Under the pieces are notes generated by a model. That model saw only the letters and a list, made by a program, of their open reading frames with translations. It was not told where the DNA came from and did no database searches. Both the position numbers and the translations under genes were made by a program. A DNA stretch of 64,000 nt. Source: Takakia lepidozioides. Its lineage: Eukaryota; Plantae; Bryophyta. The stretch is from contig CM060731.1 in assembly GCA_030704615.1 (NCBI GenBank), positions 55,242,001 through 55,306,000 of the forward strand. The letters run 5' to 3'. Position 1 is the stretch's first letter, and every line of letters begins with the position of its first letter. Below are positions 12,645 through 22,477 of the stretch, piece by piece.

Positions 12645-12689
12645 TACTACTCCGCTCATGCCGCTCATGCTCATGAAATAGCTAACCTC
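12645..12689 (-). repeat. Right terminal inverted repeat of MULE copy 1
   Basis: reverse complement GAGGTTAGCTATTTCATGAGCATGAGCGG matches the ends at 17572 and 63128. Confidence 0.85.
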
Positions 12690-15600
12690 TTTGATTGGCC
12701 ACTGCCAATCTAACGAGTCATCTGCATTTCCCTGCACCTCCACTGCAAACAAACTCACATCAGGTAGTTGGTCATCTACTCCTGTAGCGGGCTCTCCTAT
12801 TGATAGGCATGACAAGTGATCTGCCACAAGATGCAAACGGCCAGGCTTGTAAACAACTTCGAACTCAAACTCGTGCAAGATTATTAACCACCTTGCTATC
12901 CTTCCACTTATCAAAGGCTTGTTCACCAAATAAATCAGAGCCTGATGATCCACATAAAACATAAACTTCCTTCCCAATAGGTAATGTTTGAATTTCTTGA
13001 CTGCATAAATCATTGCCAGTGCTTCTCTTTCAGTTGTGTTATAGTTCCTTTCAGCATTGTTCATCAACCTGCTAGCATGGTACACAGGTGAATCTATGTT
13101 TCCTGTAACATTTTGGGCTAACACTACTCCCAACGCTTCTCCTGAGGCATCACAGTGAACTGACATACTACATGCCAGTGAGGGTTAATCAGCACAGGTG
13201 TAGTTCTTACTGACAATGTAAGTTCCTCAAAAGTCTGTTGACATTCAGCTATCCATGCAAACACTTCATCTTTCTTCAGAAGCTTGCTCAATGGTGCTGC
13301 TATCTGTGCATACCGTCTGACAAATCTTCTGTAATAACTGGTTTGTCCAAGGAATCTCCTTAGACTCTTAACATTTACTGGTGGTGGAGAGGCTTTAATG
13401 GCCTCTGTCTTTCTGGGATCCACAAGAAGTCCCTTCTTATACACAATGTGTCCCAAAAGCACCATTGAGTTCACACAGAAAGTACACTTCTCTGGATTCA
13501 GGCCCCGACCTCTCATCCTGCATCTGGCCAAACATAACTCCAATTTATACAAGTGCTCATTCTTAGAGCTGTACACACTGAAATCATCCAAGAACACCTG
13601 CATGAAATCATCCAGATGCTCATGAAAAGATTCACTTATCACTTTCTGAAAGTTTGCTGGTGCATTACAAAGTCCAAAAGGCATGACTTTGTATGCATAA
13701 GCATCCCAGTCTGTGATGAAAGTTGTCTTTCCCTGGTCTTCTTCTACCACTTGCACTTGATTATAACCACTGAAGCCATCCATGAATGAGTACATCTCAT
13801 GGCCTGCCACAGTGTCCAATACCGCTTCTGTGAATGACAAAGGGAAAGGATCTTTCTTCGTACAAGCATTCAACTTCTTATAGTTCACACAAACTCTCAG
13901 TTTACCATTCTTCTTGGGAACTATCACAATAGGTGACAACCAAGTTGTATACTCTATCGGGTATATAAACTTAGCCTCAGCCAACTTCTTGATCTCTTCC
14001 CCAACCTTCTGTGCATAGTTGGGATTCATTCTGTACTTTGCCTGTTTGATTGGTACTGACCCTGGTTCCAGTTCAATCTTATGCTGACAGATCTCAGGTG
14101 GTATCCCTTTCAGATCCTCGTAGCTCCAAGCAAATATATCTTTGTATTTGATGAACAGACTCTTAGCTTCCTCAAAGAATTCTGGCTCCAAATCAGCCCC
14201 TACCTTCACCATCCTCGGTTCCTCTTCAGTTCCCACATTCACTTCTCTCACCTGCTCATCAGCTGTGATTGTCCAACCAGTCACCACTTCATCCTGTAAA
14301 CTCACAGTGGCTAGTTCCTCTAGGATTTCCATTTCTCCCTCTCTTTCTTCATAGAAATGTGGTGGGTAACTGCTTGTTTCACCCTCAATTGGTGTTGCTG
14401 TCACTACACCACAGCAGATACCTTTTAAACAACTTAGGCCTTCCAGTTGCATCTCTGCAACCTGCTCCCACTCTGGGTGTGCAGCGAACAGGGTAGCTTC
14501 CTGCTCCTCATCAAGTCCTCCCCTCTAGTCATACTCCCTGACCCCTCGAGGTCTTCTCGTAGCATGTAGTCTACTAGATTTCTTAGTGGTGATTTGTATC
14601 TTGTGCATCCCATCATGCACAGTTAGTAACTGGGAATTCCAGTCATGGAATACCCTGGCCTGTTTCAGCCACGGTCAACCTAGCAATAAGGAGTAAGCTT
14701 CCATGACTTCATCCATTTTCAACACAGTTACTGTGATCTTAAAGATCATCTTTTGAATCTGTATCTTAACTCCTCTTATCAATCCCAATGGCTGAACACT
14801 TCTTTGATCTGCCATTGTTACTGTAAATGGGGCTGGTTTCATGTTACTTAGACCAAGCTTCTGCCTTAATTGGTCTGTCGTGATATTCACTCCAGAGCCT
14901 CCATCTATCAGTACATCAGTTAGTTATGTGCTTGCAATTCTCAATTGGATTACTGGCATAGAATCATCAAAGTCCATGGCTGTTTCTTGCCCTTCCGGCT
15001 TTACATTATAACTGGTCACCTTGCTGTTCAGGTCTGTGTTCCCTGTCACATGGGCAATCTGATTGATTGCTTGATACAGCCTGTGCCTACAATAAGGTGC
15101 CACAGCCAATAGCTGTCCAATGGTAATCTCCGCTTTGGACTGGCATATTACTTCAGCCAAAGTCCCTTCATTACTCTGCAGCTTCTTTCTTCCCTTCATC
15201 CTCACTCACTTCCTCTTCTCTTTCAGAATCAGAGGAATCTGCCATAGGAATATTAGTACTCTTCTGCATTTCCCTTATGGTATCTGCCACTTCCTTGTGC
15301 AGTGCCTTCTCATCTCTCCAAGCCTCATCATCTTCAGGCACATCACTGCCATCTTCATTATCATCACCTTCCTCATCTACTGAAGGTATTAATTTAGCTT
15401 TGCTTCTGGTTACTATCATTGTACTTACTTCTGGTACAACACATGGCCTAACCATGTGAGTTGCCACCACTGGCCCCTCATTCACAGGAGCTTTCATCTC
15501 ATTCTGGTGTCTGATCCAGAATGGACAGGCTGCCTTGCGATGTCCTGCCTGATTACAATAGTAACACATTTCTTCCCCATTAGGTCCTCGCCCTTGGTCT

Positions 15601-17571
15601 GTTATGGGATTGTTTATGTAATCCCGATTCCCTGGCTGGTAATTCCCCCTTGGATTACCCTGATAGTTGCCTCTGGAATTTCCTTGGTAATTCCCTCTTG
15701 GATTACCTCTCCCTTCCATGCCATTGTTATAACCACCAGGCCTACCATAGTGGTCCAGATCACTATTTCTTCTTGGCTGGGGCTGCACTTGATGCACCCT
15801 TACTTGCCTAGGTTCTCTTGCAGCTGTCCTTCTGTTGTACTAACAATTCTCAATAAAATGGTTATCCATTTTATAGATAGTACAGTGTTTCTCCTTCATG
15901 TGGCATTCAGTGGTGGTATGGCGTTCATTCTGGCATTTTACACACCAAACACCCTTCCTCCAATGTGTTGCAGCCTCTGTGGCATACTTCTTAAAGATTT
16001 ATTCTAATCTTTTCTCATAGTTATCCCTCTTCAACTTTTCCTTCCTCTTACTCTTCCTCTTAAGCTCTTGCTCTTCTTCCTCATCTGACTCATCCTCAGA
16101 GTCCTCATCATCCCTTTTCTCTCTCCTGAGCATTCCCAATTGCTCAATTCTATTCGCTGTTTCAAATGCCTCCTCCACTGTATTATGGGGTAACATATCC
16201 ACTTTCTTTTGCAACTCTGGTCTTAGTCCACTCACAAACCAAGTCTTCTGTAAACCTGGTGCTGGTACAACAGCCAGCTTTTTCATCATCAATTCCATCT
16301 TTTCCATATACTCCTCAACAGTTTCCTGCTTCTTTTGCTTTAACTGTTGTAAACTTCCATACACTTCATCCTCAGTTTTACTTGTCCTGAACCTATTTCG
16401 AAATGTTGTATTCAAGCCATTCCAGGTTATGAAATGATTATTAGGGAATCTTGCATACCATTCACTTGCTTTCTTTATAAGTGAACAAGGAAACAGTCTC
16501 ATCTTGGCATCATCGCCATTCTCATTGTTCACAATACACATGTGCTCAAATTGGCTGATGTGTACATCAGGATCCCCTTTTCCTGAATATATTGGAAAAG
16601 GTGGTTTTGCCCGTGTTGGTTGTAACGCCATCTGTGGCCCTACCCCCTGCCCACTGACAGGTGCTGGCCTCCTTGCTGGTGCTGGTCCTTGAGGACCTGT
16701 GGTAGTTGTGGTGGAACTTTCACCAAGTGCTGGCCCCTGAGCACTCCCTGCTACTGGCCCCACTATATTCACAGTATTCCCAGCTCCAGTTGCACTACTT
16801 CCCACACTCCTTGTCCCCCCAGAGCCAGATCCAGGCTGCCCGCCTGATCCCCCTGAGCCGACACCTTCATTGGCCTGTGATCCAAGTGCTCCACTTGATC
16901 CAGGTCCAACGGGTTGGGATGTCCTGGTTGTAGTCTCAACCTCAGCTGTTGGGTCTACTTCTTCATACTCTTCATCTTCCAATTTCTTCTCCCTGTTTGC
17001 ATCTTCCAAGTTCTGCCCTTGGATTTCTTCTTCTTCACTCATGTAACTCAATTGCAACGGTGTTGGAGAGTTTGAACTCTCCGTTGGTTCTCCCACATCC
17101 TCTCCTCCTTCTTCATCTTCTGTTTCAGAAACTGGAGTTCCTGCTTTTGGTGTTCCATGCCAACTCTTATAAAAGATTTCTGTCAAAACTTTTATCGAGG
17201 GATGTACCTCAGATCTTTCACCTCGTGGTTGATCTTCTTCTTGTACCAATTCCCTTAATCTTTCTTGCAAAGAAAAAGAAGGAGTGGCATCCAACTCTAG
17301 TTCTTCCGGTATGGGTAATGTACTCTCTGATCTTAATGGTGTGAGAGGTCCAGATGATTTCCCTATGTCTATTCCTCTCTCCCAAAGATATGGATAATTA
17401 GCTTTCAGATAACTTTCTCTTTTTGCTGAATATCTCTGGAGTCTAGCTTCTCTTTCATCACTTATGTCCCATGTCTTTCATTTCCTTAATGTGGCAATAT
17501 CCAAAACTCTCTTCTGTAGTATCTCTCGTATATGCCTGGGTTTCTTTCAAGCTTCAATGTACCCTTGGCTA
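12690..17571 (-). mobile_element. Ty3/gypsy internal fragment (end of 5' ORF, gag, protease, RT, RNase H), bounded on both sides by MULE termini; degenerate
   Basis: gag 15999-17294 and 15171-15797 with Zn knuckle CYYCNQAGHRKAAC; protease VLIDGGSGVNI (~14880-14920); RT 13124-14452 (MPFGLCNAP, FLDD); RNase H 12690-13166 (CDAS...TTEREAL...VDHQAL). Confidence 0.95.
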
Positions 17572-18262
17572 GAGGTTTACTATTTCATGAGCGCATGAGC
17601 CCATGAGCCTATGAGCCTATGAGCTCATGAGCGGGCATCCGCGGAATTGGAATTTTCCTGCCTTTATTGACGGTGTTATGTCCTCTTACCTCGGTAATAG
17701 GGTCTGTTTCTCCTGGTCCAGGATGCGGAATGAGGAATTTCGGCGCCGTTATTCCCAAGAGCAGTGTGCTAAAATGGTGTTTTGAAGACATCCACCGGGG
17801 TATTTCGGCACCGAAATTACCTCTTAAAATGTGATATAGTGCGGTATTTAAAGGCGCAGAACGGGCAATTTCGGCGCCGAAATACCCAAGTGGAATGTGG
17901 TGAAGTGCCTTGTGCTGAAGGCTTCCATCGCAATATTTTGGTGCAGTAATTCATCCGTGGAATTTTTGAGGCCCATATAACGAAGGCGCAAACTGGGCTA
18001 TTTCGGCGCCAAATTTCCCAATAGGAATGTTAGAAACGGCAGGGTTTTCATGGCTTCAAGTTCCCGGGTCGATGGTGTGCATAAATTACTTGTAGGGTTC
18101 TTCACTGAAGTTTGCGTCTCTTCTGCTTTTATTATAGATTTTGGTTGGCGGAAGAAATGTAGGGAATGGACAAGCAGTCTGAACACAATGATTTTTCAAA
18201 TCGTCAATATTTTCATTAAGTGTTTCAGAACTGTACAACAAAAGGATCCAAATGAGACTTTG

Positions 18263-20759
18263 CTATGGTGAGGATCCGCTATCACTGTCCGATGCATCCC
18301 CGCCCTCATGCAAGGATGGCTGCCTTCCACCTGCCTCCGAACCTGCACTGCCGCTACCGCTGTTACTCTGAGAAGCCCTCCCCTCAAAAATACCATCCTC
18401 ACCAGCCGGAACTGTCCACCTGGGTGCGGAAGTGTCCTCAACATTCCCCTCGCTCTCGGACGCGGATTCTATTACGAACTTCCCTACTCTGCCTTTCACA
18501 ATTCTATGTTTGGCCTCACGCCTCATTATAATTCTTTGCTCATTCCCGTATGTCAATTGCTCTAACCGAGTAGGCCTATCCTCCCTCCTGATGGCTTCTT
18601 TGGCAGCCGTGTCTGCATAGGCTGGTAGAAAAAAGGGCTTCTGGGGACTCGCGAGAAACGATTTTCTGGCAAAGAATGGCCGATGCGATTCTGTCTCCTC
18701 CTCTGCAACAGGGTCCGATTCGAGCAAGTCTCCCAGCTTCTCCTCGTCGGACGACTCTGCAAGGCTGAGTGTACGCACAAACATAGAATGAAGTACATTA
18801 GAGAATTCAAACAGGGAATCATCGGCAGGTTGCATGGTCCCTACAACCGAAACCAATACACTTACTATGGTGCAACTCACTCAAAGACAGGCATTGGGGG
18901 AAGCGGCTTCGGGCGCCCTGCATCGAACGAATTTCCCGGACTTCCTCCTCTTCATCTTCCTCCTCTCCTTCCACGCCCTCTTCTGCGTTTTTGGGATCCT
19001 CAGTCGGAGGCAGACGCTGAAGGCCCGCCAAATTGTAATCGTACAAGGCCGTATCCCCCTCAAATGAGAACACAAATCGGTTCGACATCCTTCCCGCCCA
19101 CATACAGGCACCTGCGAATTCATACGACACAACCACAGCCAAACTCAAGAATGAGTCGCTTCCTCGCACAAGCAAACATACAGAAACGGAAATGGTGTCA
19201 ATTTCGGTGCCGCATTCAATTAACGTTCTCACCTGTATTTGTAGTGACGTCAAGGACCCTGCCTTCAACATCCGTACACGTTTCCATGAGCATCTGGATG
19301 AATGCAGGACTCCTGGTCCTGCCATACCTCCATGGCTTGCCCGACAAATCACAAAGAATGTCCTTCTCTCCCACATGGTTGAACAGGACGTTATACTCCA
19401 GTGGATCAACTGTGGAATCAACAAGTCTTCCTGCTTCACGTAATTTGAATTTCGAATGTTCCTTCACGAAGCAAAATGCCTGAAAGATAAGAGTCTGCAG
19501 AGAAGGAAATGAAAACGTCAGAGGTGGCCTACATGTACAGGGGCAATTTCGGCCCAGAAATTGACATAGCAGAGGAGAACCACAGCATACCTTCTGGCCA
19601 TCGTTGAGAAGACCCTGCGTGTTGATGCAAGTCCAGATCTTTTTCAGGATGGGTGCTGCACTTCTCCCCGTCCATACTTTGATATCATTCTCAGTGACTT
19701 CTCCATCGGCTGCTAGCACAACAACACAGCCAACGTCGTCCAACATGTTGGCTGCGAACCCGAATGTGTGGCTCCAGTATCTTTCGTGTACTTGTTCCAC
19801 CAGGGAACTGAGCCCAGCCCCAGTATCTCCTGCCCATCCGGGATATCCACAAGGATCATGTCGATGGAGGCTTTCACCGCCCTGCCCCCGACTGTGCTCT
19901 TTTTGCCGTGGCTCATCGCCACAAAATACTCCATCATCTTTGTGTAGCCAGGAGTGTCCTCCATATCATTGCCAGTGGCCTTCCTCTTCCCCTTCCCTGG
20001 TGGGCCTCGATCGCCTTCCTCAATCTCGTTATCTCCAGCCTTCTGGTCAGAGCAGTTAGGAAATTTTCATTAACACACTCCACAATTGTGGGTGTTTTGA
20101 GGACTTCCCTGCCCGCAATCTGCACCGCACGGTAGGGTCTGCCAGGTGCATCCTCGTATAGTGATCTCTTCGCAGCCGACCCCCCGGAGCGCTGGCCCTT
20201 GTGAATTTTCGGACGAGGTGTGGCCCCCTGGGTGTTTTCCTGCTGGAAATCGTCGTCGGAATCCTCCTCATCTGGCTGACTGTGTTGCTGCTTCTTCTTC
20301 TTGGGTGTGGGGGTCTTCGTCTCTTGCCCCTGTTTGCGCGTTCTTTTCTTCCTGTCCTTGGGCTGCTCAGCTGCCTGCTTCTCCATCTGCTCCTTCGCCA
20401 ACGCTGCCGCCTTGGCTGACTTTCTCAGTGCTTTCTGCTTGGCTGCCTCCTCTGCTTTCAGTCTTTCCGCGTCCTCTGGTTGGGGATCCGATTGCGCCTT
20501 CATAGCCCTGGCATTCGCTTCCTTGTTCAAGTTAACCTCCGAGAGGTCAACGGTCCCACTTGGGAGATCCACATACCAGGGGCAGTTTACCAAATGCTCG
20601 GCATGCCACTCCTTCGCCATTACTTCTGTGTACATCGTTCCACGACCTCCAGGTGTCCTCCACGCCAGGAAGAATGGTGGAACCCTTTGAATGGCTCTGG
20701 ACGGAATGAGTGCAAAGTTTATGTACCTGCAATCACGAGGCAGTTCAACAAAAATCATT
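18263..20759 (-). pseudogene. Accessory gene copy B, C-terminal half: beta-class N4C/N6A DNA methyltransferase-like domain with an acidic tail
   Basis: IDMILVDIPDG (motif IV position), RSPAFIQMLMETCTDVEGRVLDVTTNTG|ACMWAGRMSNRFVFSFEGD (motifs X-I-II, joined across intron 19112-19232); other introns 19480-19590 and ~18757-18880; at least two frameshifts. Confidence 0.7.
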
Positions 20760-21019
20760 CTACCGATGCATCATGCAAGTGGAAGTTGTCAATGCACAAG
20801 GTATTTCGGCACCGAAATACGGAGTGGACCGTGCCCCAATTACCCAGAACTCACATCTTGCAGAGGTATATTTCGGCGCCGCAATATCCATCGCTGCTTA
20901 ACCAAATCATCTAAACTGCAAATAGGGGGATGCATTGTCAGCAGATTACCTGAACAGGACATGCATTGCCGCTTTGTCGGCACCCTCATGCTCTTCGATG
21001 TATACGCTGCGTCTTGCCT

Positions 21020-21935
21020 TTGAAGACTAATCCCACATTCGCACACATGGAAGGGAAGATGTTCTTCGTTTGGGACGGGAACCACAGGATGCTTGCCTGG
21101 ACAGAGTACATTGCTGAAATGCATCCGCAAGATATCAGTTGGCATTACATGGTGGACTGCATTGTCGTGAAGGTGGACGTCAGGGACAGAGGACTGTTGA
21201 AGGGTGCCATGGCGGATATAAATCTGTAAGTATACAATTACATCCTTGTGTACTGCCTATTGCGGCGCCGAAATAGGCAATGTTCACCACTGTCATGCAG
21301 TCTATGAACTGGAAATTGGATTGCTGTGCCGAAATCATATTTTCATGTTGTTTTTTTTCTCCATGGCAGGGTAACAGAGAGGGCCTTCGTGGAAACTCAT
21401 CTGGCACATACGCTCTACAGAGTGCAAGAAGTGGGGACAGCTCCGCTGACGGACTTCCAAAAAGTCCCCGATCCCGAGCTGTACAGGAAGTCCCTAGCGA
21501 AAGCAGATCGCACCTGGTACCGACCAACACTGGACGCCATGTGGAGATCCTCTATTCGGTGAGGTTCATCTCAAATTTCAGTATCAATTTAATGTTATTT
21601 GTTGCAGGGATCCGTGGCCTGACTGTATCTGCTGGGTATGGGAATGCAGACGAACATCAGGGATGATGTGGGCCTATGCCAAAAAGGCACTTCTTTGACA
21701 ATGATGCCCCCAACAAGGCGGACGCGTCGATAGAGAGTCATATTGTGCAGGCAGGGAAGCAATCCCGGACCAAGTACAGGTCCAAACTTGTTAAGCAAGT
21801 TGCAATCGCTGACTTGGTCTTGGTGCCGAGTTCCTGGCGGAGATAGGACTGCATTACTCCAGACCCATGAAACCGGAAATGTCCATGGAGAAACTTCATC
21901 ACATCGCAGTGTCCTGTGTTGAGCCGGCGGAGAAG
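21020..21935 (+). pseudogene. Accessory gene copy B, N-terminal half (ParB/Srx-like), inverted relative to its C-terminal half
   Basis: KMFFVWDGNHRMLAW...AMADIN|VTERAFVETHLAH...KADRTWY|...MEKLHHIAVSCVEPAEK, with the same intron positions as copy A. Confidence 0.7.
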
Positions 21936-21977
21936 GTAAGCATGTGTTTATTCTTGTTTTGTGACTTCTCGCGATTC

Positions 21978-22477
21978 NNNNNNNNNNNNNNNNNNNNNNN
22001 NNNNNNNNNNNNNNNNNNNNNNNNNNNNNNNNNNNNNNNNNNNNNNNNNNNNNNNNNNNNNNNNNNNNNNNNNNNNNNNNNNNNNNNNNNNNNNNNNNNN
22101 NNNNNNNNNNNNNNNNNNNNNNNNNNNNNNNNNNNNNNNNNNNNNNNNNNNNNNNNNNNNNNNNNNNNNNNNNNNNNNNNNNNNNNNNNNNNNNNNNNNN
22201 NNNNNNNNNNNNNNNNNNNNNNNNNNNNNNNNNNNNNNNNNNNNNNNNNNNNNNNNNNNNNNNNNNNNNNNNNNNNNNNNNNNNNNNNNNNNNNNNNNNN
22301 NNNNNNNNNNNNNNNNNNNNNNNNNNNNNNNNNNNNNNNNNNNNNNNNNNNNNNNNNNNNNNNNNNNNNNNNNNNNNNNNNNNNNNNNNNNNNNNNNNNN
22401 NNNNNNNNNNNNNNNNNNNNNNNNNNNNNNNNNNNNNNNNNNNNNNNNNNNNNNNNNNNNNNNNNNNNNNNNNNNNN
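21978..22477. other. Assembly gap (500 N)
   Basis: run of n. Confidence 1.

Larger units (their letters stand above)
3180..12689 (+). mobile_element. Mutator-like DNA transposon, copy 1 (right TIR present; left end rearranged or not identified, may extend towards base 1)
   Basis: MULE transposase pseudogene (+), divergent ParB-MTase-like gene (-), palindrome arrays, and a terminus ...ctcatgaaatagctaacctc abutting gypsy pol at 12690. Confidence 0.8.
17572..21977. mobile_element. Mutator-like element, copy 2 (left TIR plus accessory gene; runs into the assembly gap)
   Basis: starts GAGGTTTACTATTTCATGAGCGCATGAGCCCATGAGCC exactly where gypsy homology stops; subterminal ATTTCGGCGCCGAAAT-type sites at 17742, 17807, 17873, 18005. 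Confidence 0.8.

Noticed and set aside
12690-17571. Gypsy segment as cargo captured between two MULE TIRs
   Set aside because: The two TIRs face away from the gypsy fragment and belong to different flanking elements.
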